Assembly (NCBI GenBank): GCA_963757295.1
Contig: CAVWQZ010000007.1
Coordinates: 78,303-142,302 of the forward strand
DNA: 64,000 bases
DNA from: an uncultured Actinomycetota bacterium
GTDB taxonomy: Bacteria; Actinomycetota; Actinomycetes; JACCUZ01
Reading direction: 5' to 3'
Below, in pieces: positions 33,240-43,731 of the stretch. Position 1 is the first letter of the stretch, and every line of letters begins with the position of its first letter. A program made the position numbers and the translations under genes. The notes under the pieces are model-generated. The model did no database searches. It was not told where the DNA came from and worked only from the letters and a program-made list of their open reading frames with translations.

Positions 33240-33743
33240 ATGACGACCGCGGACCTGCAGGGCGAGCCGTTCGCGCCGGCCGGTGAGCCGTGGGTGCGCG
33301 TGTCGCCGCGGCTGGCGACGCTGCGACGGCTCCTGCTCGCCGGCTTCGGCGGCCTCGTGACCCTGGTCGCGGCCGGCCTCTGCGTGATGGCGTCCTGGTG
33401 GCTCGCGGTGGCGGTGCTCCTCGTCGGGGCGGCCCTGATCGGCTGGGGATGGGTGGTCGTCGGCCGGGCGGTGCGGTCCTGGGGCTACGCCGAGCGGGCC
33501 GACGACCTGCTGGTCACGAGCGGGATCATGTTCCGCCAGCTCGTCGTCGTGCCCTACGGCCGGATGCAGTTCGTCGACGTCACGGCCGGGCCGCTGGACC
33601 GCCGGTTCGGCCTGGCCACGGTGCAGCTGCACACCGCCGCAGCCGCCACCGACGCGCAGATCCCGGGGCTGGTGCCGGCCGAGGCCGCGCGCCTGCGCGA
33701 CCGGCTCGCGGCGCGCGGCGAGGCCAGCTCGGCAGGTCTCTAG
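33240..33743 (+). CDS. membrane PH-domain protein (bPH_2/YdbS-like)
   Basis: Intact ORF. Two TMs followed by ...LLVTSGIMFRQLVVVPYGRMQFVDVTAGPLDRRFGLATVQLHTA... Confidence 0.8.
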   Translation: MTTADLQGEPFAPAGEPWVRVSPRLATLRRLLLAGFGGLVTLVAAGLCVMASWWLAVAVLLVGAALIGWGWVVVGRAVRSWGYAERADDLLVTSGIMFRQLVVVPYGRMQFVDVTAGPLDRRFGLATVQLHTAAAATDAQIPGLVPAEAARLRDRLAARGEASSAGL

Positions 33744-35081
33744 GTGACGGAGGCTCCGACCCAGCAGGCGACGGGGTTCCGCCGCCTGCATCCGCTGACG
33801 CCGCTGCTGCGCGGCTGGAAGGTGTTCGCGGCCGCGGTGGCGATCGCGGCCCAGCAGCTGTACGGCGACGTCGAGGCCACCTGGCTCGCTGTCGGGGTCG
33901 CCGCGAGCATCCCGGTGGCCATCGTCTACGGCTACCTCTCCTGGCGGTTCACGCACTACCGGATCGACGGCGAGGACCTGCGGCTCGAGACGGGAGTCCT
34001 GTTCCGGCGGTCCCGGCGGGTCCGGCTCGACCGGTTGCAGGCGGTGGACGTCGTACGCCCGCTCATCGCGCGCGCCCTCGGGCTGGCCGAGCTGCGCCTC
34101 GAGGTCGCCGGTGGATCGTCGTCCGAGGCGCCGCTGGCCTACCTCTCCGAGCCGGCCGCCCAGGCACTGCGCGCCGAGCTGCTCGCGCGGGCGGCAGGCC
34201 TGAGCCACGACACACCGGAGGCACCCGAGGCGGTCCTGCTGACCGTGCCGGTGGATCGACTGATCAAGTCGCAGCTGCTCACGGTCGGCGTGATCGTCAC
34301 CGTCGTCCTCGTGCTCGTCCTGCTCGGCCTGACCGTCGGTCTGCGGGAGATCTCGCTGCTGGGCCTCGCTGTGCCGATGGCGCTCAGCCTCGGCCCTGCG
34401 CTGTTCGGTCCGATCATCCGGCACTTCGACTTCACCGTCGCGGACTCGCCGGACGGCCTGCGGCTGCGGCACGGACTGCTCGAGACCAGGGCGCAGACCG
34501 TGCCGCCCGGTCGGGTGCAGGCGGTCCGCATCACGGAGCCGCTGCTCTGGCGGTCCCGCGGCTGGTGCCGGGTCGAGGTCAACATCGCGGGCTACGGCGG
34601 TGAGGGTCAGAGCCAGGCCTCCGTGCTGCTTCCCGTGGCACCTCGCGAGGAGGCCTACGCCATGCTGCGCCGGGTGATGCCCGACGTGGACATCTCGACG
34701 GTGGAGATGCACGGCGTACCGCGGTCTGCTCGTTGGGTCGACCCGTTCGCGTGGCGCTTCCAGGCGGCCGGTGCCGACGAGCGGGTGTTCGTGGCCCGGC
34801 GCGGGCGGCTGCGCCGGGAGACCGACATCGTCCCGCACGAGCGGCTGCAGAGCGCGCGGCTGACGCAGGGTCTGCTGCAGCGCCGGCTCGGGCTGGCCTC
34901 GATCCACCTGGACACGACGCCGGGTCCGGTGCAGCCGACAGCGGCCCACCGCGGGGCGGACGAGGCGCGGCGCCTGCTCGACGCCGAGGTGGAGCGGGCC
35001 CGGCAGGCCCGCAGCAGCGCGCCACCGGAACGGTGGATGAGCCTCCCCGAACCGCCGCCGCCCCCTACGGTTGCCGGGTGA
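33744..35081 (+). CDS. membrane protein with repeated PH domains (YdbT-like)
   Basis: Intact ORF starting 1 nt after the previous stop. Three TM-pair plus bPH_2-like repeats (…LRLETGVLFRRSRRVRLDRLQAVDV…, …GLLETRAQTVPPGRVQAVRI…, …LRRETDIVPHERLQSARL…). Confidence 0.8.
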   Translation: MTEAPTQQATGFRRLHPLTPLLRGWKVFAAAVAIAAQQLYGDVEATWLAVGVAASIPVAIVYGYLSWRFTHYRIDGEDLRLETGVLFRRSRRVRLDRLQAVDVVRPLIARALGLAELRLEVAGGSSSEAPLAYLSEPAAQALRAELLARAAGLSHDTPEAPEAVLLTVPVDRLIKSQLLTVGVIVTVVLVLVLLGLTVGLREISLLGLAVPMALSLGPALFGPIIRHFDFTVADSPDGLRLRHGLLETRAQTVPPGRVQAVRITEPLLWRSRGWCRVEVNIAGYGGEGQSQASVLLPVAPREEAYAMLRRVMPDVDISTVEMHGVPRSARWVDPFAWRFQAAGADERVFVARRGRLRRETDIVPHERLQSARLTQGLLQRRLGLASIHLDTTPGPVQPTAAHRGADEARRLLDAEVERARQARSSAPPERWMSLPEPPPPPTVAG

Positions 35082-36256
35082 GTGCCCCGCTCGAGCTGAC
35101 CGACCCCGCGTTCGTGGACGACCCCTATCCGGTCTTCGCGCAGCTGCGGGAGCAGTCGCGGCTGCTCTGGCACGAGCCCACGTCGCAGTGGCTGACCCTC
35201 ACCTACGCGCTGTCCAACGCCGTGCTCCGCGACCGCCGGATGGGACGGCTCTGGCGGGACAAGCAGCCCGAAGACCGCTTCGAGCCGTTCAACCGGCTGC
35301 ACCGCCACCAGATGATGGAGAACGAGCCGCCCGACCACACCCGGCTGCGGTCGCTGGTCACCAAGGCGTTCGCGCGCGGGCACATCGAGCGGCTGCGGCC
35401 ACGGGTGCAGCAGATCGCCGACGACCTGCTGGACCGGGCGATGAGCCGCGACGGGTTCGACCTGATCGCCGACTACGCCGAGCCGCTGCCGGTGCTGATC
35501 ATCGCCGAGCTGCTCGGTGTGCCCGAGGCCGACCACCACCTGCTCCGGCCGTGGTCGGCGGCGATCGTGAAGATGTACGAGTACAACCGCGGGCCGGACG
35601 TGGAGCCGGCCGCGGTCAGTGCGTCGGCGGAGTTCTACGACTACATGCGCGACCTGGCGCGGGTACGACGTGGTGATCCGCGCGAGGACCTGGTCAGCCA
35701 TCTCGCCGCCGTCGAAGACGGTGGCGAGCGGCTTTCTGCCGACGAGCTGGTCGCCTCCGCGATCCTGCTGCTCAACGCCGGCCACGAGGCCTCGGTCAAC
35801 GCGTTCGGCAACGGGATGGTCGCCCTGCTGCGCCATCCCGACCAGCTGGAACGGCTGCGCGCCGACGAGTCGCTGGTGCCGTCAGCGATCGAGGAGATGA
35901 TCCGCTTCGACTCGCCGCTGCAGCTGTTCGAGCGCACCGCGCAGACCGAGGTGGACCTCGGTGACGTGACGGTGCCGACCGGGGGCAAGGTGGCGGTCCT
36001 GCTCGGAGCGGCCAACCGCGACCCGGCCGCGTTCCCCGACCCCGACAGCTTCGACATCGGCCGCCATCCCAACCAGCACATCGGCTTCGGCGCCGGTCTG
36101 CACCACTGCATCGGGGCGCCGCTGGCGCGGATGGAGCTGCAGATCTCGCTGCCGACGCTGCTGAGTCGCTGCCCGACCCTCGAGCTCGCGGGCGACCCGG
36201 TCCGCCGGTCGACGTTCGTGCTGCGCGGCTTCGAGTCAGTCCCCGTCACCGTCTGA
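35078..36256 (+). CDS. cytochrome P450
   Basis: GTG 35078 overlaps the ydbT-like stop (GTGA). I-helix LLLNAGHEASVN, ExxR (EEMIRF), heme loop FGAGLHHCIGAPLA. It is the last 392 aa of track ORF 34733..36256. Confidence 0.9.
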   Translation: MSAPLELTDPAFVDDPYPVFAQLREQSRLLWHEPTSQWLTLTYALSNAVLRDRRMGRLWRDKQPEDRFEPFNRLHRHQMMENEPPDHTRLRSLVTKAFARGHIERLRPRVQQIADDLLDRAMSRDGFDLIADYAEPLPVLIIAELLGVPEADHHLLRPWSAAIVKMYEYNRGPDVEPAAVSASAEFYDYMRDLARVRRGDPREDLVSHLAAVEDGGERLSADELVASAILLLNAGHEASVNAFGNGMVALLRHPDQLERLRADESLVPSAIEEMIRFDSPLQLFERTAQTEVDLGDVTVPTGGKVAVLLGAANRDPAAFPDPDSFDIGRHPNQHIGFGAGLHHCIGAPLARMELQISLPTLLSRCPTLELAGDPVRRSTFVLRGFESVPVTV

Positions 36257-36305
36257 CTGATCCCGGCGCGCAAGCGCGTCGGCTTGCTGCCGGCACCTCC
36301 ATCGG

Positions 36306-37154
36306 CTACAGCAGCTCGCGAATTCTGCGCCGGTTCAGCGCGAGCACCAAGCCGAGAAGGACGATCCAGATGGCCGCGATCCCCAGCGCGGCGGTGCCAC
36401 CGGGACGGTCTTGATAGCTGGACGTGAGTTCGGGCGGCAGGGAGCGGTTGGTGCCGTCGCCGCCGTAATACTGGTGCCCGACCGCGGTGGTGTGGGCTGC
36501 AACGTGGGCGACGATTGCGCCGGCCGGGTTGCCGGTGAGCATCGCCGGCACGTCCGCCATCACGGTGCCGATCAGCGGTTTCGACAGCTCGCTGCCGCGG
36601 TAGGTCGAGTAGCCGAGGTGGTAGGTCGTCGAGACCACCAGCGAGAACAGCAGCACCAGCCCGGCGAACGCTGCCTTGCGCCCCAGCCCCTTGCGATTGC
36701 CTCGCATCACCAGGTAGGCGACGACGGCCGGGAAGACGAACAGGATCAGGGCGTCAACCGCGCCGTACACGACGCCGCGCCAAACGAGCTCGAAGCCGTA
36801 GAAGCCGCCCTGCGGGTGCGGCGTGCCGTCCCCGCCCATGATCTGACGGGCGACGGCGAACGCGACGAGGGCACCGAGGCCGAGGCTCCACCAGATGTTG
36901 CGGCGCAGCACAGCGCGCCACGCGATGTGCGACTTGGTCGCGAACCAGCCGAGGTAGCCGAGCGCGAAGGTGAAGTAGATCAGGTAGTACAGGTCGTGCT
37001 GGAGCCCGAGGACGGTCGTCCCGAGCATCGACACTGCGTACGTGAGTGCGCCGCCCCCGGCTAACCACCCGATCGCGGCCTTCGGCGACGGCCCGATGTC
37101 CGACAAGGCGACAACCGGTGCACGAACGGGTTGGGATGGTGCCCGAGTGGTCAT
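36306..37154 (-). CDS. hypothetical polytopic (about 7 TM) membrane protein
   Basis: ORF 36306..37226, with the likely start MTTRAPS (37154). Hydrophobic helices throughout. Polar/aromatic motifs HDLYYLIYF, YHLGYSTYRG, HQYYGGDG. No family recognised by eye. Confidence 0.65.
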   Translation of the reverse strand: MTTRAPSQPVRAPVVALSDIGPSPKAAIGWLAGGGALTYAVSMLGTTVLGLQHDLYYLIYFTFALGYLGWFATKSHIAWRAVLRRNIWWSLGLGALVAFAVARQIMGGDGTPHPQGGFYGFELVWRGVVYGAVDALILFVFPAVVAYLVMRGNRKGLGRKAAFAGLVLLFSLVVSTTYHLGYSTYRGSELSKPLIGTVMADVPAMLTGNPAGAIVAHVAAHTTAVGHQYYGGDGTNRSLPPELTSSYQDRPGGTAALGIAAIWIVLLGLVLALNRRRIRELL

Positions 37155-37437
37155 CTCCGCCCTCCCTTCAAGGAGCCGACGGCCCCGGCGGCGGCGCATC
37201 GGACACCGGACCGGCGGGTCAGGCACTCAGCCTCCGAGTGCCTGAACCTGCACGGACTGTCGAGCCCATCGTCAACCGCGTCGTCACCGGGGCGCAGAGG
37301 CGAAGGTCGGTGTTACGTGGGACGTCCACCACCAGCTGGCGCCCACGGCGATGACCAACGTCTCTGACGGCACGCGCCCGGCGGTGGTTACGTGGTCGTC
37401 ATGGCCGGGCATCGGCCCGGTCGGGAAGGTGTACGTC

Positions 37438-37965
37438 ATGACCACTCCCGTCGCTCGGCCACCCGTCCATCAGCGAAGGCCTCTGCTCGGCCTTCGACGA
37501 CAGCCTGGTCGGCTCGCGCTCATGTTCATGCGGATGCCGCTGCGGGCCTACCGGCACGACGCCGGCTGGATGCTGGGCCACACGTTCGTTGAGTTCACCC
37601 ACGTGGGGCGCAAGACCGGCCAGCCGCACGATGCGGTCGCAATGGTGCTGCGCTACGACGAGGCGACGCGCGAGACCGTCATCTGCGCGGGGTGGGCCGA
37701 GACCGACTGGTACCGCAACCTGCGCGCCGGCCCAGCAGCGAAGGTGCGACTGGGTCGCGACTCGTTCACGCCTGAGCACCGGTTCCTCACCGAGGAGGAG
37801 GCGTTCGACGTCACCGTGCAGTTTCGCCGTGATCACCCGCACCGGATGCGCTTGATAACCAGAATCCTCGGATGGGGAGACCTTCGCGAGGACGACGCGG
37901 TCCGCGAGTTCGTCCGCGCTCACCCGTTCATCGCGTTCCGGCCCGCGGCGACCCCGACAATCTGA
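37438..37965 (+). CDS. nitroreductase-family deazaflavin (F420H2)-dependent oxidoreductase (DUF385/Ddn-like)
   Basis: ORF 37351..37965, with the likely start MTTPVARPP. ...THVGRKTGQPHDAVAMVLRYD...GWAETDWYRNLRAGPAAKVRLG... Confidence 0.75.
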   Translation: MTTPVARPPVHQRRPLLGLRRQPGRLALMFMRMPLRAYRHDAGWMLGHTFVEFTHVGRKTGQPHDAVAMVLRYDEATRETVICAGWAETDWYRNLRAGPAAKVRLGRDSFTPEHRFLTEEEAFDVTVQFRRDHPHRMRLITRILGWGDLREDDAVREFVRAHPFIAFRPAATPTI

Positions 37966-38326
37966 ACGTCAGACACCGGTTTTCACCGTTTTGCCTTGCG
38001 CCAGGTCTGGATCTCCCTCGCCCACGTTTCGCGACGGGGGGTCGTGGCCATGTGGCTGGCCGTCCTCTTCGTCGGAGTCTGGGGAGGCGACATCGACTTT
38101 CCAAGGCGTCGACACGAGCTACACCGTGATGCCGTCGGGTGTCGCTGTGGCCTTCTTCGCCGCCATCGGAACGGGCTCGAGTCGCCAAGAGAGGTGTTCG
38201 GGCGCCGGTCGGGCTAGACGCCAAGGGAGATCACCCGGAATGCCGGCGCACTGATCGACAGAGTCGTGACCTTCGTCTCTGGCGTATCGGCGACTGAGTG
38301 GCGTTGCCTTGGCGGGAGTGAGAGCG

Positions 38327-38940
38327 ATGATGCAGGGGCCGACCGCTCCGGCCTGGATGGACCTCTACTGGCTCCCGCTCGGTGCCGGCGGCCACTTCGT
38401 GCGTGTCAACGGCAAGATCTATGAGCGCCTCGTCGCGCTTCGCCACCACCGTCAACCGTGCGACCTCTACCACTCAGCGCTCCAGCTGCATCTCGGCGGA
38501 ACGACATACGCGATCGAAATGGGGCCGGTCTGGAACGTCGACGCCCCGATCGGGGAGTCGTTTGCCATGGACCCGTGGGCGCACACTGGTTGGGCAAGTT
38601 CCGGGCGTTTCAGTACGAGGTCCGTTGCTGGCCAGGCGGACACATTCCTGACATCGCGGAAGCTGTCGACAGTCCAAACCGGCTAACCGAGAACCCCGAA
38701 CAGGTCAGTGCCTTCCTAGAGATCCTCAGGCGCACACCTACCTTCACATGGGGCCGTGACGAGCTCAACACCGGCGACATGTGGAACTCGAACTCCATCG
38801 TGTCCTGGGCGCTCGCCAGCACCGGACACGACGTGGCCGCCGTTCGACCACCCGTGAACGGCCGAGCGCCAGGATGGACGGCAGGACTCATTCTCGCCGG
38901 CCGTGAGCAGGGGCAACGGCCGCTCGACCCGGCGCGCTGA
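38327..38940 (+). CDS. conserved-looking hypothetical protein with lower GC3; one frame break in a C4 run at 38544-38547
   Basis: ATGATG 38327 (GGGAG upstream). MDLYWLPLGAGGHFVRVNGKIYERLVALRHHRQPCDLYHSALQLHLGGTTYAIEMGPVWNVDAP | DRGVVCHGPVGAHWLGKFRAFQYEVRCWPGG...DMWNSNSIVSWALASTG... (ORFs 38309..38686 plus 38458..38940). Confidence 0.6.
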
Positions 38941-38996
38941 AGAGATCGAGTCCTTCGACCCTGGCCAGTAGCGCGCGAAGCGGCCACGATCGTGTT

Positions 38997-39543
38997 GTGC
39001 CCAGGACTCGTGGCCGTAAGGCAGAACGTGCGGGAAGTGGCCAGGGCCGGCTGCCGCCTCGCTGGTTCATCGTTGCCTTCTGGCACGGCCATCGCGCCCT
39101 GGTGCGCATGACGCACGCCCGGCTCGGTCTGTGGCGGCCGAAGACGGACGGTTGGGGCACGCTTCGGCTCACCACCACCGGCCGACGCACGGGACGAGCC
39201 TCGACAGGTCATCGTCGGCTACTTCGAGGACGGTCGAAACCTGGTCACGATGGCGATGAATGGCTGGGGTGTCGCCGAACCGTCGTGGTGGTTGAACCTG
39301 CAGGCTCATCCGGACGCGACCGTCGAGACCCGCGACGGACGACGACGAGTCCGGGCACGATCCGCGTCCGGAGCCGAGCGCGAGCGACTCTGGTCTCGCT
39401 GGGCTGAGATCGACAAGAACCTGGACGCCTACGCCGCGCGCCGCCCGAACGAGACCGCCGTGGTCGTGCTCGAGCCACGTGACAGCCCCGGGGCGGCAGC
39501 CCAACCGGCGGCGACCGATGGCACCGCCGCCGCCGGCGGTTAG
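38997..39543 (+). CDS. second Ddn-like deazaflavin-dependent nitroreductase (DUF385); frame break near 39195
   Basis: ...PPRWFIVAFWHGHRALVRMTHARLGLW...LRLTTTGRRTG | ...VIVGYFEDGRNLVTMAMNGWGVAEPSWWLNLQAHPDATVETRDGRRRVRARSASGAERERLWSRWAEIDKNLDAYAARR (ORFs 38997..39407 plus 39250..39543). Confidence 0.75.
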
Positions 39544-39552
39544 CCTCCCTGG

Positions 39553-40101
39553 GTGAACTCCGGTGAGGCGAGGTCTGAGGAGCTCGTCGTACTCCTGGAC
39601 GAGCACGGGCAGCCATGCGGGACTGCGCCGAAGGCGACCGTTCACCACGAGTCCACGCCGCTGCACCTGGCCTTCTCCTGCTGGCTGTTCGACCCGGCCG
39701 GCGAGCGCGTGCTCCTGACCCGGCGCGCGGCGGCCAAGCGCACCTGGCCGCTGGTCTGGACCAACAGCTTCTGCGGGCACCCCGGTCCTGGTGAGGCCGT
39801 CGACGACGCCGTACGACGACGGGCCGCCGACGAGCTCGGCGTCGATCTCGGGGAACTCAGTCTCGAGCTGCCCGACTTCCGCTACACCGCGCGGATGGCC
39901 AGCGGCGTCACCGAGAACGAGGTCTGCCCGGTCTTCACCGCGACGCTCGACGGCGACCCGCAGCCGGACCCGGCCGAGGTGGACTCGTTCGCCTGGGTGC
40001 CCTGGTCCACGCTGGCGGCCGCCGTCGCCGACGACCCCGAGCGCTACAGCCCGTGGATGCGGCTACAGCTGCCCCTGCTCGCCGAGAAGCGCGGCGGGTA
40101 G
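39553..40101 (+). CDS. idi: isopentenyl-diphosphate delta-isomerase, type 1
   Basis: Intact ORF starting 9 nt after the Ddn-like stop. ...HLAFSCWLFD...WTNSFCGHP...ENEVCPVF... Confidence 0.85.
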   Translation: MNSGEARSEELVVLLDEHGQPCGTAPKATVHHESTPLHLAFSCWLFDPAGERVLLTRRAAAKRTWPLVWTNSFCGHPGPGEAVDDAVRRRAADELGVDLGELSLELPDFRYTARMASGVTENEVCPVFTATLDGDPQPDPAEVDSFAWVPWSTLAAAVADDPERYSPWMRLQLPLLAEKRGG

Positions 40102-41044
40102 CGGCGTCTCGAACGCCTGGACCAGCCAGCCGAAGTCGCCCAGCCCGCCGGGCTCGCGCAGCTCGGCGAGCTGGCCGACCCGCACGATGGCCGCGACGTA
40201 GGCGCCCGCGTCGGTCGAGGCCAGCTCCGAGTGCGGCTGCTCGGCCACCACTCCCAGCGCGGTCAGCGCATCCCGTTGGGTGGTGAGCACCGTCTCGCGT
40301 CGCACCTGCCCGCCGGCCCGCCTCGGCGCACGCGTCCAGCGCCACGTGCGCGGTGACGTCGCACGACCCGTCCGGCACCGGGGTGACCTGGCGCCCGTCG
40401 CGGTAGCCGGTCAGGGTTCCCAGCGGACGGCCGGTTGCCTGCCTCGTGCGCATAGTCGACGGCCACCGCGACGCCCGAGCCGAGCCGGTCGAGGGCCCTG
40501 GCCCACGCGGCGTCGCGGGGCCAGCCGATCTCCGCCCGGTCGCCGTCCGCCCGGAGCGGCCACCACCGGTCCAGCCACGCCGCGTCACGGGCCGAGACCG
40601 GCCCGCCGACGCTCTCCACCCCGCGTCGCCGGGTCGACCAGGAGCAGGCGGTCTCCGTCGGCAGTGCGCACCGCCACGTCGACGGGCACGTTGTCGAGCC
40701 ACTCGTTGGCGACCAGCAGCGCACCGTCGACCTCCGGGACGGCCGACGACCACTCGACGCCGGCGGGCAGGTCGGCGGGCCGGTCCACGACGTCGACCCC
40801 GACCAGGCGAAGTCCCGGGTCCCACTCGTGCAGCTGCGCGAGCAGCTCACCCCGGCCCGAGCCGACGTCCACCACCGTTCGCAGTCCGGTGGCCAGCGCC
40901 AGCCTGAGCAGTGCCTCCGCGAAGAGCGGCGACGCGTGCACCGACGTCCGGAAGTGCGCCGCCGGCCCGTCCGTACGCCGGTAGAAGCCGCCGTCGCCGT
41001 AGAGCGCCCGCTCGGTCGCCTCCCGCCACGGCACCGGCCCCGCT
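40063..41044 (-). pseudogene. MidA/NDUFAF7-like class I SAM-dependent methyltransferase (DUF185), 3-4 frame breaks
   Basis: (V)[19 protein letters not shown]...[20 protein letters not shown]...[15 protein letters not shown]...[14 protein letters not shown] | ...[39 protein letters not shown] | [29 protein letters not shown] | ...[13 protein letters not shown].... Stitched from ORFs 40585..41148, 40263..41645, 39935..40825 and 40063..40305. Confidence 0.7.
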
Positions 41045-41169
41045 GCCGTCGCGCTCCCACAGCAGAGGAGTCTGCACCGGCACGCCGGCCAGGAGGGCCG
41101 TCCGCCACGGCCACGCCGTACCCTGATCGCGTTCGTCCGGTACCCCACCCCGAGGACTGGAACGTCACC

Positions 41170-42072
41170 GTGAGCACCGACCCCATCTCAGACCGCCCGG
41201 CGCGCCTGGCTGTCGGCGTCATCGGCACCGGCCGGGTCGGCGCCGTCCTCGCCGCCGCACTCGAGCGCGTCGGCCACCACGTGGGCGCCGTGTCGGCGGT
41301 CTCGGACGCCTCCCGGGCGCGCGCCGCGGCGCTGCTCCCGGACGCGGAGGTGATGGCGCCCATCGCGGTCGCCCAGAAGTCCGAGCTGCTGCTGGTGACC
41401 GTCCCCGACGACGCGCTGCCGGGGCTGGTGCAGGGCCTGGTCGCGGCCGAGGCCGTGCCACCGGGGCAGCTCCTGGTGCACACCAGCGGGCGGTACGGCG
41501 TGCGCGTGCTCGAGCCCGCGACCCGTCTCGGCGCGCTGCCGCTGGCCCTGCACCCGGCCATGACGTTCACCGGCCGGCGCGAGGACATCAGCCGGCTGGT
41601 CGGCTGCTCGTTCGGCGTCACCGCCCCGGAGCCGCTGCACCCCATCGCAGAGGCGCTGGTCGTGGAGATGGGTGGTGAGCCGCAGTGGGTCGACGAGGAC
41701 AGCCGCGCGCTCTACCACGCGGCGCTGGCCAACGGCGCGAACCACCTGACCACCCTGGTCGCCGAGTCGATGGACCTCCTGCGCCGCTGCGGCGTCGAGG
41801 ACCCGGCCAAGATGCTCGGCCCGCTGCTCGGCGCGGCCCTGGACAACGTGCTGCGCTCCGGCGACGCGGCGCTGACCGGACCGGTGGCCCGCGGCGACGC
41901 CGGCACGGTCGCCGCGCACATCGCCGAGCTGCGGCAGGTCTCGCCGCAGGCGCTGGGCGCCTACGTCGCGATGGCCCGGCTCACCGCCGACCGGGCGCTG
42001 GCTGCCGGGCTGCTCCGACCCGAAGCGGCCGAGGCGCTGCTCGACGTGCTCGCCGAGGAGTCCACGCCATGA
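41170..42072 (+). CDS. Rossmann-like plus DUF2520 domain protein (Rv3603c position)
   Basis: GTG 41170 in the ORF 40828..42072 frame. [17 protein letters not shown]...HPAMTF...[14 protein letters not shown]...TGPVARGD... Confidence 0.8.
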   Translation: MSTDPISDRPARLAVGVIGTGRVGAVLAAALERVGHHVGAVSAVSDASRARAAALLPDAEVMAPIAVAQKSELLLVTVPDDALPGLVQGLVAAEAVPPGQLLVHTSGRYGVRVLEPATRLGALPLALHPAMTFTGRREDISRLVGCSFGVTAPEPLHPIAEALVVEMGGEPQWVDEDSRALYHAALANGANHLTTLVAESMDLLRRCGVEDPAKMLGPLLGAALDNVLRSGDAALTGPVARGDAGTVAAHIAELRQVSPQALGAYVAMARLTADRALAAGLLRPEAAEALLDVLAEESTP

Positions 42073-42928
42073 CGCAGCTGGTGCACACGCGCAAGGAGCT
42101 CGACGCGGTGGTGGCCGGTCGCCCGGGCGGCGTCGGCGTGGTGATGACGATGGGCGCGCTGCACGACGGGCACCGCGAGCTGATCAGGGTCGCGCGCAAG
42201 CGGTGCGAGCTGATCGTGGTGACGGTCTTCCTCAACCCCTTGCAGTTCGGCCCGAACGAGGACCTCTCGCGCTACCCGAAGACGCTCGAGTCCGATGTCG
42301 CGCTCTGCACGGCCGAGCAGGTCGACGTCGTGTTCGCGCCGTCGGTCGAGGAGGTCTACCCCGGTGGCGGCCCGCCGCTGGTGCGGGTGTCCGCCGGACC
42401 GCTCGGCGACGTCCTCGAGGGGGCGTCGCGGCCCGGCCACTTCGACGGCGTGCTCACGGTCGTCGCCAAGCTGCTGCACATCACCCGGCCCGACCTCGCC
42501 TACTTCGGCCAGAAGGACGCCCAGCAGCTGTTGCTGATCCGGCAGATGGTGGCCGACCTCGACTTCCCGTGCGAGGTGGTCGCGGTGCCCACCGTCCGCG
42601 AGCCGTCGGGCCTGGCGCTGTCCAGCCGCAACGGCTACCTGTCGGCGGAGGACCACGACGTGGCCCTCGCGCTGTCGCGGGCGCTGCGGGCCGGGGCCGA
42701 CGCCGCGGCGGGCGGTCCCGATGCCGTACGACGTGCAGCCGCTGCCGTGATCGAGGCCCAGCCGGGCGTGACGCCGGACTACCTGGTCCTCGTCGACCCC
42801 GCCACCCTGCACGACGTACCGGACGACTTCACCGGCGAGGCGCTGCTCGCCGTCGCGGCCCGCGTCGGCACCACCCGGCTCATCGACAACGTCATCGTCG
42901 AGCTGGTCGCGAGCTGGCAGGCCCGTGA
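42069..42928 (+). CDS. panC: pantoate--beta-alanine ligase; frame break in the last ~30 nt
   Basis: ATG 42069 overlaps the previous stop (ATGA). [37 protein letters not shown]. The track frame (41685..43739) reads through. The expected stop TGA 42926-42928 (inside GTGATG of coaX) is in another frame. Confidence 0.85.
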
Positions 42929-43713
42929 TGCTGCTCGCCATCGACGTCGGCAACACCCACACCGTGCTCGGCCTGTTCGAGGGCGAGGACCTGGTCGAGC
43001 ACTGGCGGATCGGCACGGAGGCGTCCCGGACGGCCGACGAGATCGCCGTGGTCCTGAAGGGTCTGCTCGACCAGCACCCGGTGCCCGGCGGCGCCGAGGT
43101 CGACGGCATCGCGATCTGCTCGACGGTGCCGTCGGTGCTCCAGGAGATGCGCGACATGTGCCGGCGCTACTACGGCGACGTGCCCGCGGTCGTCGTGGAG
43201 CCGGGCGTGAAGACCGGCGTGCCGGTGCTGACCGACAACCCCAAGGAGGTCGGCACCGACCGCGTCGTCAACGCGCTCGCCGCCGTCGAGCTGTTCGGGG
43301 GCCCGTGCATCGTCGTCGACTTCGGCACCGCGACGACGTTCGACGCGGTCTCGGCGAAGGGGGAGTACCTCGGCGGTGCCATCGCACCCGGCATCGACGT
43401 CTCGGTGGAGGCGCTGGGCGCCCGCGGCGCCCAGCTGCGGCGGGTCGAGCTGGCCCGGCCGCGGTCGGTGATCGGGCGCAACACGGTCGAGGCGATGCAG
43501 TCGGGCATCCTCTACGGCTTCGCCAGCCAGGTGGACGGCGTGGTCACCCGGATGGCTGCCGAGCTGGCCGACGACCCCGACACCGTGACCGTGGTGGCCA
43601 CCGGCGGGCTCGCCCAGGTCGTGCTGGCCGAGTCGAGCACCATCGACGTGCACGAGCCGTGGCTGACCCTGATCGGCCTGCGCCTGGTCTTCGAGCGCAA
43701 CCCCCCGCACTGA
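42925..43713 (+). CDS. coaX: type III pantothenate kinase
   Basis: Intact [47 protein letters not shown]. Confidence 0.9.
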   Translation: MMLLAIDVGNTHTVLGLFEGEDLVEHWRIGTEASRTADEIAVVLKGLLDQHPVPGGAEVDGIAICSTVPSVLQEMRDMCRRYYGDVPAVVVEPGVKTGVPVLTDNPKEVGTDRVVNALAAVELFGGPCIVVDFGTATTFDAVSAKGEYLGGAIAPGIDVSVEALGARGAQLRRVELARPRSVIGRNTVEAMQSGILYGFASQVDGVVTRMAAELADDPDTVTVVATGGLAQVVLAESSTIDVHEPWLTLIGLRLVFERNPPH

Positions 43714-43731
43714 CGCCGGTAGCCTTGCCGG

